Origin: Candidatus Oxydemutator sp.
GTDB lineage: Bacteria > Pseudomonadota > Gammaproteobacteria > Poriferisulfidales > Oxydemutatoraceae
NCBI GenBank assembly: GCA_965203445.1
Contig: OZ241883.1
Span: 1,984,001-2,048,000 of the forward strand
Length of the DNA: 64,000 bases
Reading direction: 5' to 3'
Of this stretch, positions 11,167-21,611 are shown piece by piece (position 1 is the first letter of the stretch; every line of letters starts with the position of its first letter). A program made the translations under genes and the position numbers. The notes beneath the pieces were generated by a model that was not told where the DNA came from, made no database searches, and saw only the letters and a program-made list of their open reading frames with translations.

Positions 11167-11172
11167 CGCCCG

Positions 11173-11940
11173 ATGGCCGGCCTCAACGACAACCAGCTGC
11201 TGCGCTACGGCAGACAGATCCTGCTGCCGCAGATCGGCGTCCGCGGGCAGGAGCGGCTGCTGCGTTCGAGCGCGCTGGTGGTGGGCGCCGGCGGCCTCGG
11301 TTCGCCGGCCTCGATGTACCTGGCGGCCGGCGGCGTCGGGCGCCTGATTATCGCCGACGACGACGCGGTCGAGTTGTCCAACTTGCAACGCCAGATCGTG
11401 CACGCGAGCGGCGACCTCGGCAAGCGCAAGACCTCGTCGGCCGGGGCGCGCCTCGCCGATTTGAATCCGGAGGTCGCGGTTACCGAAGTGGACGAGCGCA
11501 TGGACCTCGAGAAATTGCGCCCGCTCGTCGCGCAGAGCGACGTCGTCCTCGACTGTTCGGATAATTTCGAGACCCGCTACGCGCTGAACCGCGCGTGCCG
11601 GGAGGCGCGCAAGCCGCTGGTGTCCGCGGCCGCCATCCGTATGGAGGGCCAGCTCAGCACGTTCGTGCCGGCCGAGCGCGACAGCCCGTGCTACCAATGC
11701 CTGTATCCCGAGGGCGCGCACGGCGACGAGCGCTGTGCTACCAACGGCATCCTGTCGCCGCTGACCGGCGTCATCGGCAGCCTGCAGGCGATAGAGGCCG
11801 TCAAGCTGCTGCTCGGCCTGGGTGACACGCTCGTCGGGCGCCTGCTGCTGTTTGACGCGATGCACATGCAGTGGCGCGAGCTCAAGCTGTCGAAAAATCC
11901 CGAGTGCGCGCTGTGCGGTGAACGCAACGCCGCGGCGTAG
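11173..11940 (+). CDS. moeB: Molybdopterin-synthase adenylyltransferase (MoeB/ThiF family)
   Basis: Motifs RYGRQ, GAGGLG, SNLQRQ and DCSDNF, plus two CxxC pairs. Confidence 0.9.
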   Translation: MAGLNDNQLLRYGRQILLPQIGVRGQERLLRSSALVVGAGGLGSPASMYLAAGGVGRLIIADDDAVELSNLQRQIVHASGDLGKRKTSSAGARLADLNPEVAVTEVDERMDLEKLRPLVAQSDVVLDCSDNFETRYALNRACREARKPLVSAAAIRMEGQLSTFVPAERDSPCYQCLYPEGAHGDERCATNGILSPLTGVIGSLQAIEAVKLLLGLGDTLVGRLLLFDAMHMQWRELKLSKNPECALCGERNAAA

Positions 11941-11946
11941 GGCGGC

Positions 11947-13182
11947 GTGACAGAGACGAGCCGGCACGACGACGGGCAGGCGCGACGCCCGCCGCGGGGC
12001 GAACCGTTCGTGCGCCTCGAGGTGGGGCCGACGCGCGTCGCGATCCTCGGTACCGCGCACGTCTCCGAGGCCAGCCGCCGCGAGGTGCGCGCCTGCATCG
12101 AGGGTGGCGCGTACGACGCGGTCGCGGTCGAACTGTGCGCAAGCCGCCACAAGGCCATCACCGACCCGGAGTCGCTCGCAAACATGGATTTGTGGCGGGT
12201 CATACGCGAGCGCAAGGTGTTTGCGATCACCGCGCTGCTGGTGCTAGGCGGTTGCCAGCAGCGTCTGGCCGAGCGCCTGGGCGTCGAAGCCGGCGCCGAG
12301 ATGAAAGAAGCCGTGCGTCTGGCCGGGGAGCGTGGTTTGCCGCTGGCTTTGATCGACCGCGAAGTCGGACTGACCTTGAAGCGCCTGTACCACGGCGTCG
12401 CCTGGTGGCGCAGACCGGCGCTGTTGTCGGGGCTGTTCGCCGGCTTGTTTCACGCCGACGAGATCACCGAGGCCGACGTCGAGAACGCGAAGCACGGCGA
12501 GACTCTGGAGACCGCGTTTCGGCACCTGCCTTTTTTGAGCGAAGAAATCGAACGGACGCTGGTGCGCGAGCGCGATCTCTACATGGCGGCGAAGATACGC
12601 AAGTTCGTGTCCGAGCGCGAGCCGCGAGCGCTGCTCGCGGTCGTGGGCGCCGGTCATCTCGACGGCTTGCGGCGCGAACTGGCGGACGAGAAGCGCGCCG
12701 GGCGCGCGGACGAGATCATCGCCGACTACGAGGCGGTGCCGGCGCGCGGACGCTGGTGGAAATTGCTGCCGTGGGCGATCGTCGCCGTGATCGTCGCCGG
12801 ATTCGTCCTCGGTTTCGCGCGCGATTTCGATTTGGGCGTCGCTCTGGTGCTCGATTGGATAGTGATCAACGGCGGTCTCGCGGCGCTGGGGGCGGCGCTC
12901 GCCGCGGCCCATCCGGTGACGGTCGCCGCGGTGTTCGTGGCCGCGCCGCTGACCTCGATCAACCCGACGATAGGCGCGGGCATGGCCGCGGCCGCGGTCG
13001 AGCTCTTTTTGCGGAAACCGCGCGTACTTGATTTCGAGCGCCTCAAGACCGATGCCGCGCGCTTCTCCGGCTGGCGCCGCAACCGCGTCGCCAGGACCCT
13101 GCTGATCTTTGTGCTGAGCACCATCGGTTCGGCCGCGGGCACCTACCTCGGGGGCTTCCACATTTACGACAGCTTGCGATGA
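11947..13182 (+). CDS. TraB/GumN family protein with C-terminal membrane helices
   Basis: Motifs LGTAHVS, VAVELC, GAEM, ERDLYMA and VVGAGH. Confidence 0.88.
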   Translation: MTETSRHDDGQARRPPRGEPFVRLEVGPTRVAILGTAHVSEASRREVRACIEGGAYDAVAVELCASRHKAITDPESLANMDLWRVIRERKVFAITALLVLGGCQQRLAERLGVEAGAEMKEAVRLAGERGLPLALIDREVGLTLKRLYHGVAWWRRPALLSGLFAGLFHADEITEADVENAKHGETLETAFRHLPFLSEEIERTLVRERDLYMAAKIRKFVSEREPRALLAVVGAGHLDGLRRELADEKRAGRADEIIADYEAVPARGRWWKLLPWAIVAVIVAGFVLGFARDFDLGVALVLDWIVINGGLAALGAALAAAHPVTVAAVFVAAPLTSINPTIGAGMAAAAVELFLRKPRVLDFERLKTDAARFSGWRRNRVARTLLIFVLSTIGSAAGTYLGGFHIYDSLR

Positions 13183-13186
13183 CGGG

Positions 13187-14362
13187 CTAGGCGCGCAGGC
13201 AGGCGCGCAACCCGCCGACCAGACGCCTGAGGCCCTCGCCGACGCCGTCGGGCGGCAACGCGCCGTAGGAAACGCGCAGACACGAAGTGCGGCGTTCGCC
13301 GAAGGCCGAGCCCGGGATGACCGCGACGCGGTGCTCGCGAATCAGCGTCTCGGCCAGCCGGTAGTCGTCGCAGCGGCGCCGCAGCCGCAGGAAGATGTAA
13401 AACGCGCCCTCGGCCGCAATCGTCTCCACCAGGCCCTCGGCGTGTAATGCTCCCAGTTCGTTCAGGCATATTTCGCGGTTGGCCTCGATCAGCGCGCGTT
13501 GTTCGCCCGGGTAATCCCGCTCCTCGTTAAGGCAGTGCAGCGCCGCCAACTGCGAGACCGTCGGCGTGCAGATCACGACGTTGTCCTGCACCTTGGTGAT
13601 GTCGTCGTGCAGCCGCCGCGGCGCCACCACGTAGCCGACGCGCCACGACGCCATGCCGTAACTCTTCGAGAACGTGAACAGCGACAACGTGTGCGCCGCG
13701 GCGCCCGGCAGCGAGCCCGGCGAGAAATGGCGATGGCCGGCGTAGGTGAAGTCCGCGTACGCCTCGTCGCTGACGTGATAGACGCCGCGCCGGGCGCACA
13801 GCTCGTTGACGCCGGCAAGCAGCTCCTTCGGATAGACGCGCCCGCTGGGGTTGTTCGGCGAGATCGTGACCACGGCGCGCGTCTTCGGCGTGAACGCGGC
13901 CGCTATGCGTTCGAGGAGCGGGTAGTCGCGCGCGTCGGTGTCCACGCCGACGACGCGGCAACCGCACATCTCGACCGTCATCCGGTGATTGAAATACCAC
14001 GGCGCAAGCAGGATGACTTCGTCGCCCGGATCGCACACGCTCAGCATCAGCGCGTGGAAGGCCATGTTGGCGCCGGCGGTTACGAACACCGTCGACCGCC
14101 CGTCGACCGCGATGCCGTTGTCGCGCGCCAGCGTTCTTGCGAGCGCGTCGCGCAACTCGGGTATGCCTTCGACCGGAGCGTAGAAGTGACGTCCGGCGCC
14201 GGCCATGCGCGCCGCCGCCCGCTCGAGCGCCGCCGGCGGGGGCGGGTAGAACACCACGCCCTGGCCCAGCGAGATCGTGCCCGGGTGATCGGCCGCGAGC
14301 CGGTTGATTACCGGAATCACCGGTTCGTCTATCCGCCTCATGCGGCGCGCGACGCGTGCCAT
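13187..14362 (-). CDS. PLP-dependent aminotransferase class I/II
   Basis: Motifs ISLGQG, SPNNPSG, DEAY and FSKSYGMASWRVGY (PLP Lys). Confidence 0.92.
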   Translation of the reverse strand: MARVARRMRRIDEPVIPVINRLAADHPGTISLGQGVVFYPPPPAALERAAARMAGAGRHFYAPVEGIPELRDALARTLARDNGIAVDGRSTVFVTAGANMAFHALMLSVCDPGDEVILLAPWYFNHRMTVEMCGCRVVGVDTDARDYPLLERIAAAFTPKTRAVVTISPNNPSGRVYPKELLAGVNELCARRGVYHVSDEAYADFTYAGHRHFSPGSLPGAAAHTLSLFTFSKSYGMASWRVGYVVAPRRLHDDITKVQDNVVICTPTVSQLAALHCLNEERDYPGEQRALIEANREICLNELGALHAEGLVETIAAEGAFYIFLRLRRRCDDYRLAETLIREHRVAVIPGSAFGERRTSCLRVSYGALPPDGVGEGLRRLVGGLRACLRA

Positions 14363-14366
14363 CGCG

Positions 14367-15086
14367 CTATTGCAGCAGCAGGTCTTTGGCCTGGTTGATC
14401 AGCGCCGCCAGATGCGCCGAACCGCCGCGGTCCGGGTGCAATTTCTGGATCAGACGCCGGTGCGCCTCGGTGATCGCCTCGCGCTTCGCGTCCGGTTTCA
14501 GGCCGAGGATGCGCAGCGCCTGGTCGCGGCTCATGTCGGGGGTCGCGGCCTCGCCGCGGTCGCCGCCGCCGTCGCCGCCGTGATCGCCGTGATCGCCGTG
14601 ATCGCCGGCGCGCCTCGAGCGCATTCTCTGGTAGCTTTGCAACAGTTGCGCCGCCTGCGGGTCGTCCTTGACAAACGCCGCCATCAGCGCCTCGAGTTCG
14701 CTCTTGTTGAAACTGCTGAGGCGCCGCCCTTTGTAGGCGCCCGCGAGGACGCGCCCGTCCATGGTGCCGGTCAGCGGATTGATTTCGAGCACCAGCGAGC
14801 GGCTCTGGAAATTGGCGAACCCTTGCGAACCGAGGTTGAGGTTGTGGAAGATCCTCGTGAACAGCGGCACGAAGCGCACCAGCGCGAACAGCTTGTAGAG
14901 CAGCGGCAGCGTCGCGCCGATGGCCGCCGCCAGCCAGTGCAGGCGTCCGCTCAGCGCCAGCGCCACCAGCACGCCCAGGCCTCCGTACAACAGCCATTTG
15001 CGGCGCACCCGCGGCGGCTTGCGCGCGACCCAGCGGGCGACCAGCAGCAGGATGACGAGGCCCGCGATGAATGCAAGCAGCAGCAT
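14367..15086 (-). CDS. Membrane-anchored C-terminal J-domain protein
   Basis: N-terminal TM helices. C-terminal ALRILGL...HRRLIQKLHPDRGGS contains the HPD motif. Confidence 0.88.
   Translation of the reverse strand: MLLLAFIAGLVILLLVARWVARKPPRVRRKWLLYGGLGVLVALALSGRLHWLAAAIGATLPLLYKLFALVRFVPLFTRIFHNLNLGSQGFANFQSRSLVLEINPLTGTMDGRVLAGAYKGRRLSSFNKSELEALMAAFVKDDPQAAQLLQSYQRMRSRRAGDHGDHGDHGGDGGGDRGEAATPDMSRDQALRILGLKPDAKREAITEAHRRLIQKLHPDRGGSAHLAALINQAKDLLLQ
14576..14607 (-). repeat. 9-bp tandem repeat (CGCCGTGAT x3.5) encoding GDH-GDH-GDH
   Basis: Directly visible: cgccgtgat cgccgtgat cgccgtgat cgccg. Confidence 0.85.
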
Positions 15087-15136
15087 GATTTTTACTATAA
15101 TGTGTACACGGCTACCCTAGTCGAATTGTATCCCTT

Positions 15137-15991
15137 ATGCAATGGTTCGACGCAATCCGCACGTCCGTTGACGAAGATCTGCGCCCGTTCAGGCGTTATC
15201 TTTCGGAGCGCGGAGTGTGTCACCACGTCGTCGAGCAAGGCGGCCGCCAGGTTCTGCTGCTCGCCGATCGCCGCGAGCTTCTTTCCGTGCGCCGATGGTT
15301 CGAGGAATGGCGCAGCGGGCGGTTGCCGCTGAGCGCGGCCGGCGACGACGCCGAGGCGTCGTTCGATTGGCGGCGCGCGTCGGCGCGCGTGCGCACGCTC
15401 ATCGCGCGCTATCCGGTCGTCGTCGCGTTGGCGTCGCTCAGCGCCGCCGGCGCGTGGCTGGTGTGGAGCGAAAACCTCTACGCGGTGCGCCTGCTGTTGC
15501 TCGAGGACGCGGCCGCGGCCGTCGCCGCCGGCCAATGGTGGCGCTTCGTGTCACCGGCTTTCGTGCATTTCGGAATCATCCACTTACTGTTCAACCTCCT
15601 GTGGCTGGCCGACCTCGGCCGCCGTATCGAATCATCGCAGTCGAGCATGCGCCTGCTGCTGGTGGTCGCGGTCACCGCGTTGTGTGCCAACTTGTCGCAA
15701 TACTGGCACGTTCCGGGGAGCGCGTTCGGCGGTATGTCGGGCGTCGTCTATGGCCTGCTCGGCTATTGCTGGCTGGCCGGGCGGCGCACGCCGCGCCTGC
15801 AACTTCCGGCCGGCGTCGTCGCGTTCCTGCTCGGTTGGATGCTGCTGTGCATGACCGGCATTTTCTCCGTCATCGGCATACACGTCGCCAACGCCGCCCA
15901 CGTGGGCGGCTTTGTGACGGGCTTGTTGCTCGCGTTGCTGCCGCCCCCTTCGGCGGGGGCTGGCGCCGGCGAGCGGGGAAAGACGACGTAG
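15137..15991 (+). CDS. glpG: Rhomboid intramembrane serine protease
   Basis: Motifs WR..SP, HFG..H..FN, catalytic GMSG and ANAAHVGG. Confidence 0.9.
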   Translation: MQWFDAIRTSVDEDLRPFRRYLSERGVCHHVVEQGGRQVLLLADRRELLSVRRWFEEWRSGRLPLSAAGDDAEASFDWRRASARVRTLIARYPVVVALASLSAAGAWLVWSENLYAVRLLLLEDAAAAVAAGQWWRFVSPAFVHFGIIHLLFNLLWLADLGRRIESSQSSMRLLLVVAVTALCANLSQYWHVPGSAFGGMSGVVYGLLGYCWLAGRRTPRLQLPAGVVAFLLGWMLLCMTGIFSVIGIHVANAAHVGGFVTGLLLALLPPPSAGAGAGERGKTT

Positions 15992-16054
15992 CACGCCGGC
16001 CGTTTGCGCAGGCGATTTCCGGCTACGACGGGATTGCCACCCATCCGCCGCCGA

Positions 16055-17221
16055 TCAATCCCTGCGCAAGCGCTTGTTCAGCGCGATCGGCGTCGGGTAA
16101 CGCATCACGACGAGGTAGGGCGACACCATAAACGTGATCAGCATCGCGATCTGGAGCAGGTGCGCGGCGTAGCCGCCTATCAGGTGCAATTCGTAGGCGA
16201 GCGCGGCGATCAGCAGCGAGAATTCGCTGCCTTGCCCAAGCCTGACGCCGACTTCGCGCGCACGCGCACGCTCCTCGCCGGTGCGCGCCAGCAGCAGGCG
16301 GAACACCGCGGGTTTGATCAGCAGGATCAGCCCGGCCAACAGCGCGGCCGCCGGCAACACTTCCACCAGCGAAGCCAATTCGATGCCGCTGCCCAGGGCG
16401 AAGAAGAAGATGATCAGGAAGAAGTCGCGCAGCGGCTTCAGCGACTCGGCGACGTAGAGCGCGACCGGATTGGCGGCGATGGTCACGCCGGCGATGAACG
16501 CGCCGATCTCGTACGACAGGCCGAGCGACGCCGTCAGCTGGGCGACGCCGATGCACCAGCCGATCATCAGCACGAAGATGTATTCGCGGATGGTGTCGAA
16601 TTTTTCCAGCAGCTTTAGAATCACGTGCTTCTGCATCAGGTAGATGAGCGGGGCCAGCAGCGGCAGCGACAACAGTTGCACCGCTATTTGCGCCGCGCCG
16701 GCGCCGCCCGCGAACGCGTGGAGCGCGACCAGCACGGCGACGGCCACCAGGTCCTGCAACAGCAGCACGCTGATGATGATCTCGCCGGTCGGCTTGTGGT
16801 GCAGCACCGTCGTCGGCAGCAGCTTGAGGCCGATAATCGTGCTCGAGAACATCAGCGCGCCCGCCACTACCAGCGTCTCCACGATGCTGAGTTCGAGCGC
16901 GTAGCCGAACAGCAGCCCGACTACGGCGAACGTCGCGCAACTCAGCATCGTCGGCGCGGCCGTCGCCCGCAGCATCTTCGCCAGTTTGACCGGCGACAGG
17001 TCAAGCCCCAGCAGGAACAGCAGAAAGGCGATGCCGATCTCCGAGATTTCGGCGATGCCGCTCGAATCCTCGATCAGCGCGAAGCCCGCGGGCCCCAGCA
17101 GCAGGCCGAGGACGATGTACGCGACCAACATCGTCTGGCGCGTGAACAGGGCCAGCGTCGCCATGATCGCGGCGCCGCTGAAGATCAGAAAGGTGGTGAA
17201 GAGGGCAAGGTCGTGCGGCAT
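16055..17221 (-). CDS. CPA2 cation:proton antiporter (KefB-like, no KTN domain)
   Basis: Multiple TM helices. Motifs FSSTII, LLQD, GAFIAG, LRDFF and GQGSEF. Confidence 0.88.
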   Translation of the reverse strand: MPHDLALFTTFLIFSGAAIMATLALFTRQTMLVAYIVLGLLLGPAGFALIEDSSGIAEISEIGIAFLLFLLGLDLSPVKLAKMLRATAAPTMLSCATFAVVGLLFGYALELSIVETLVVAGALMFSSTIIGLKLLPTTVLHHKPTGEIIISVLLLQDLVAVAVLVALHAFAGGAGAAQIAVQLLSLPLLAPLIYLMQKHVILKLLEKFDTIREYIFVLMIGWCIGVAQLTASLGLSYEIGAFIAGVTIAANPVALYVAESLKPLRDFFLIIFFFALGSGIELASLVEVLPAAALLAGLILLIKPAVFRLLLARTGEERARAREVGVRLGQGSEFSLLIAALAYELHLIGGYAAHLLQIAMLITFMVSPYLVVMRYPTPIALNKRLRRD

Positions 17222-17328
17222 CTGACGTGCGGTTTTATTCGCGGAAATTGTCGGCTATTATAAGCAAACTGCGTCATCCCCTTGTTCGGATTGGCCTTTC
17301 GGGCAGTGCGAGGCGCTGAAACCGCACC

Positions 17329-18597
17329 ATGCTCGATCCCAGACTGCTGCGCAACAATCCCGACGCCGTCTTCGAGCGCCTGGCGCTGCGTGGCGGCGAT
17401 TACGGCGCCGACGCCTACCGCGCGCTCGACGGCAGGCGCAAGACGATGCAGGTCGAGATCGAGCGCGCGCAGGCCGCGATCAACGAGAAATCACGTGAAA
17501 TAGGCAGGCGCAAGGCCGAAGGCGCCGCCGTCGCCGGGCTGCTGGCCGAGGTCGAGGAGCTGAAGAAAAACTTCAAGCGGCGGCGCGCGGAGTTTGCCGC
17601 GTTGCAGGCGACGCTCGACGAGTTCCTGCTCGGCCTGCCGAACGTTCCGCACGAGTCGGTGCCGCCCGGGGACGACGACGGCGCCAATCTCGAAGTGCGG
17701 CGCTGGGGCGAGCCGCCGGCGTTCGATTTCGCACCGCGCGACCACGTCGCGCTGGGGCAGAGACTGGGGCTCGACATACCGGCGGCGGCGGCGATATCCG
17801 GCTCGCGCTATTGCGTGCTGTACGGCGTGCTCGCCGAGTTGCAGCGCGCGCTGATACGCTTCATGCTCGAGATGCACACCGGCGAGCACGGTTACCGCGA
17901 GGTGTACGTGCCGTACATCGTCCACGCCGGCGCGCTGCTCGGCACCGGCCAGCTGCCGAAGTTCGAGGATGACCTGTTCCGCTTGCAGGCCGACGCTCCG
18001 TGCTACCTGATTCCTACCGCCGAGGTGCCGGTGACCAACCTGTGCCGAGAGCGCATCCTCGAGGCCGACGCGCTGCCGCTGAAACTGGTCGCGCACACGC
18101 CGTGTTTTCGCTCCGAGGCCGGTTCCTACGGCAAGGACACGCACGGCCTGATGCGCCAGCACCAGTTCGAGAAGGTCGAGCTGGTGCAGGTCGTCTCCGC
18201 CGCGCGGTCGTGGCGGGCGCTCGAGGAATTGACCGCGCACGCCGAGGCCGTGTTGCAGGCGCTCGAACTGGCGTACCGCGTCGTCGTCCTGTGCGCGGGC
18301 GATCTGGGTTTCGCGTCGGCCAAGACCTACGACGTCGAGGCGTGGATGCCGGCCGAGGGTCGCTACCGCGAGATCTCCTCGTGCAGCAACATGCTCGATT
18401 TTCAGGCGCGGCGGATGCGGGCGCGCGTGCGCTCGCCCGATACCGGCAAGCCCGAATGGGTACATACCCTGAACGGGTCGGGGCTGGCGGTCGGGCGCAC
18501 CTTGATCGCGCTATTGGAGAATCACCAGGACGAGAACGGGCGCGTGCGGATACCGCCGAAGTTGCGCCCGTACCTGGGCGGTCGCGCTTTGATTTGA
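17329..18597 (+). CDS. serS: Serine--tRNA ligase
   Basis: Motifs MLD..LLR, TGQLPKF, IPTAEVP, FRSEAG, EISSCSN and HTLNGSG. Confidence 0.98.
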   Translation: MLDPRLLRNNPDAVFERLALRGGDYGADAYRALDGRRKTMQVEIERAQAAINEKSREIGRRKAEGAAVAGLLAEVEELKKNFKRRRAEFAALQATLDEFLLGLPNVPHESVPPGDDDGANLEVRRWGEPPAFDFAPRDHVALGQRLGLDIPAAAAISGSRYCVLYGVLAELQRALIRFMLEMHTGEHGYREVYVPYIVHAGALLGTGQLPKFEDDLFRLQADAPCYLIPTAEVPVTNLCRERILEADALPLKLVAHTPCFRSEAGSYGKDTHGLMRQHQFEKVELVQVVSAARSWRALEELTAHAEAVLQALELAYRVVVLCAGDLGFASAKTYDVEAWMPAEGRYREISSCSNMLDFQARRMRARVRSPDTGKPEWVHTLNGSGLAVGRTLIALLENHQDENGRVRIPPKLRPYLGGRALI

Positions 18598-18614
18598 GCG
18601 CTTGGGCGCAAGCT

Positions 18615-19421
18615 TCAGGAGGCCGCGGCCGCCGTATAATCACATTGAAAAGTCGTGTATAGCTGGTTGTGGGAAGGTGCGTCGGCGGTATCGAGAATCA
18701 GACGAAGCAGATGGAAGCGGCAGGACGCGGTCGCCCGTTTTCCCGGCGTCATCGTCAGGAAATCGCGGTCGCCCAGCAGCTGGCACGACAGCGTCAGGTA
18801 GAGCAGATCCAGGCAGCGGTCGGCGATGCACGACTCGAACAGCTCAGGCCCCGCGGCCAGATAGACGCGCTGGCAGCCGGCGCCCGACAGGTGCTCGACC
18901 AACGGCTTGCCTTCGACGCGCTCGCCCGGGGTCTCGACGACGCGAAAACCCAAGGACTCCCACCGCCGGCGGCGTTTGCGGTCGTGCCCCGCGCCGACGA
19001 TGATCTCGACTCTCTCCGGGCGCAGGTAATCCGGCATCGGAAAATCCAGCGTGTTGCTGCAAATTGCGAGGCGCGGTTGCGTCGGCAACCCGCGTGATCG
19101 CCGCCATTCGAGCAGGTGCGGCTCCTCGAGGCGCAGGATGTCGCCGAGGCGACCCTGCGCCAGCGAGCGCAGGTAGCCACCGTGGGTTACGACGCAATCG
19201 GCCTGCGCTTCGAGTTGCAGGAACAATGCCAGATCGTTGCCGCTGGTCAGCGAATCCGGAAGTCGCGCGCCATCGTTTCCGATGACCGCGATGCGCCCGT
19301 CCAGGCTGCTCAGGAAATTGCCGTACACCAGCCGTTTTTCGCCGCTTAACAGCGGGTCATCCAGGTACAGACCGCGCACCGTGTCGCGGATCTGGTGGTC
19401 AGGGTAGAGCTGGGTCAGCAT
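18615..19421 (-). CDS. RibD C-terminal/DHFR-superfamily reductase
   Basis: Motifs VYGNFLSSLDGRIA, QAD and GP.L...D.LYLT fit a stand-alone RibD_C-like domain. Confidence 0.75.
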   Translation of the reverse strand: MLTQLYPDHQIRDTVRGLYLDDPLLSGEKRLVYGNFLSSLDGRIAVIGNDGARLPDSLTSGNDLALFLQLEAQADCVVTHGGYLRSLAQGRLGDILRLEEPHLLEWRRSRGLPTQPRLAICSNTLDFPMPDYLRPERVEIIVGAGHDRKRRRRWESLGFRVVETPGERVEGKPLVEHLSGAGCQRVYLAAGPELFESCIADRCLDLLYLTLSCQLLGDRDFLTMTPGKRATASCRFHLLRLILDTADAPSHNQLYTTFQCDYTAAAAS

Positions 19422-19743
19422 CTTTTGTCCTATGAACTTTCATCACCAGACATCATATCATATTCCTATGCAAATTCAATTACTTCACAATCATTCTGTA
19501 GATTTTGATACATAATTCCCTTATTCTACGCCGCCGCCAGGCCATGACAAGCGATTTCCGACGAACGGTCATCCTGGAAATTGCCGTCCGGTCGGCGCAA
19601 CCGACTTCCCATCCGACGAATGACACGGTCATCCCGCCGGCAAAGTGCGTTGGCGGGACGTCGGGTTCGCACGTGTCGGGATCGTGCGCATCCAGGGCGC
19701 GCCGGCAAAGGTGGCCACGGCCGACTTTGTATAATGAGGCCCC

Positions 19744-21540
19744 ATGACCAGGCCCATCAGAGTATTGCCGTCGCACCTGGCCGATCAGATCGCCGCGGGA
19801 GAAGTGATCGAACGTCCCGCCTCGGTCGTCAAGGAACTGATCGAAAACGGCCTCGACGCCGGCGCCACGCGAATACGAGTGCGCGTGGAGCAGGGCGGCA
19901 TCAAGCGCATCGAGGTTGCGGACGACGGTCTCGGTATCCCGAAGGAACAACTGCCGCTCGCGCTGGCGCGCCACGCGACCAGCAAGATCGCGACGTTCGA
20001 CGACCTGGTGCAGGTGCGCGACTTCGGGTTTCGCGGCGAGGCGCTGCCCAGCATCGCGTCGGTCTCGGAATTGACGCTGTCCTCGCGCACCGACGGCGAC
20101 GCTTCCGGATGGTGCCTGCGCACGAGCTACGGCGCCAGCGCCGGGACGCCGCGGCCCAGCGCGTCGGCGCGGCGCGGAACCGTGGTGGAAGTGCGCAATC
20201 TGTTCTCGAAGCTGCCGGCGAGACGCAAGTTCCTGAAGGCCGCGCGCACCGAATTCGGCCACGTCCGGCAGCTCCTGCACAAGGCCGCGCTGGCGCGCTT
20301 CGACGTCGCCTGGGTGCTCGAGCACGACGGCCGGGAAGTGTCGCGTTTCCCGGCGGCCGCGGGCGAGGCGGCGCAAAGGGAGCGGCTTGGGAAAATACTC
20401 GGCAAGGCCTTCGCCGAGCATTGCGCGCGTTTCGAGAACGATACCGACGGTCTCAGACTGTCGGGATGGATCGGTGCGCCGACGATCTCGCGCAGCCAGC
20501 CCGACATGCAGTTCGGCTACGTCAACGGCCGCAGCGTGCGCGACAAGACCATCGCTCACGCGCTCAGGCAGGCCTACCAGGACGTTCTGTTCCACGGGCG
20601 CCACCCGTATTGCGTGCTCTATTTGGAGGTGGCGCCGGAGATGGTGGACGTCAACGTGCATCCGGCCAAGCACGAGGTCCGTTTCCGCCAGCAGAGGATG
20701 GTGCACGACTTCGTTCGCGTCACGGTGCAGCGCGCAATCGCCGAACTGACACCGGGCGATACGCCGAACCTTGCCGAATACCATCGCACCCTGGTCAACG
20801 AAAACCCGCGGGCGGCGGCGACGCAAACGCCGCTGAAGATACCGCAGCCGGACTACGCCGCGCGCAAGGCGAGCACCGCGTTCTACGGGCGCATCGCCGA
20901 GCGGGCGCCGCGTGCGGTGCCGGCGGCACCCGTGCCCGCCGCCGCGGCATTGCCCATACCGCCCCTGGGCTACGCGCTGTGCCAACTGCACGGCGTCTAT
21001 ATCGTCGCCCAGAACGAGCACGGAATGGTGCTGGCGGACGTGCACGCGGCCCATGAGCGTATTACTTACGAACGGCTCAAGCGCGCGTACCGGGAGCGCG
21101 ACGTCCGCGTCCAGCCGCTGCTGGTTCCGGTCTCGGTCGAGGTCAGCGAGCGCGAAGCCGACGTCTGCGAGGAACGCGCGGGCGAGCTCGAGCGCATCGG
21201 CTTTGGCGTCGACCGTATCGGGCGCGAAACGCTCGTCGTGCGCCGCCTCCCCAGTCTGCTGGCCGACGCCGATGCCGCCCGTTTGTTGCGCGACGTGCTT
21301 GCCGACTTGTGCGAGCACGGCGCCTCAAGCCGTATCGAGGAGAGCATGGACGCGATCCTTTCGAGCATGGCCTGTCACGGTTCGGTCAGAGCCAACCGCG
21401 CGTTGTCGTCGGACGAGATGAACGCGCTGTTGCGCGATATAGAGAAGACCGAGCGCGGCGGGCAGTGCAACCACGGGCGCCCGACCTGGGCGCAGCTCGG
21501 TATGGAGCAGCTCGACAAGCTGTTCAAGCGCGGGCAATAA
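19744..21540 (+). CDS. mutL: DNA mismatch repair protein MutL
   Basis: Motifs IAAGEVIERP, GFRGEAL and DVNVHPAK, endonuclease motif DVHAAHERITYE, ACH and CNHGRP. Confidence 0.97.
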   Translation: MTRPIRVLPSHLADQIAAGEVIERPASVVKELIENGLDAGATRIRVRVEQGGIKRIEVADDGLGIPKEQLPLALARHATSKIATFDDLVQVRDFGFRGEALPSIASVSELTLSSRTDGDASGWCLRTSYGASAGTPRPSASARRGTVVEVRNLFSKLPARRKFLKAARTEFGHVRQLLHKAALARFDVAWVLEHDGREVSRFPAAAGEAAQRERLGKILGKAFAEHCARFENDTDGLRLSGWIGAPTISRSQPDMQFGYVNGRSVRDKTIAHALRQAYQDVLFHGRHPYCVLYLEVAPEMVDVNVHPAKHEVRFRQQRMVHDFVRVTVQRAIAELTPGDTPNLAEYHRTLVNENPRAAATQTPLKIPQPDYAARKASTAFYGRIAERAPRAVPAAPVPAAAALPIPPLGYALCQLHGVYIVAQNEHGMVLADVHAAHERITYERLKRAYRERDVRVQPLLVPVSVEVSEREADVCEERAGELERIGFGVDRIGRETLVVRRLPSLLADADAARLLRDVLADLCEHGASSRIEESMDAILSSMACHGSVRANRALSSDEMNALLRDIEKTERGGQCNHGRPTWAQLGMEQLDKLFKRGQ

Positions 21541-21611
21541 GCGACGACGGTGCCCGCCGGCGCGCCGCGGGCGCCCGAATCGGCGGGCCGCGACTCGACA
21601 CGGAGACTCGT

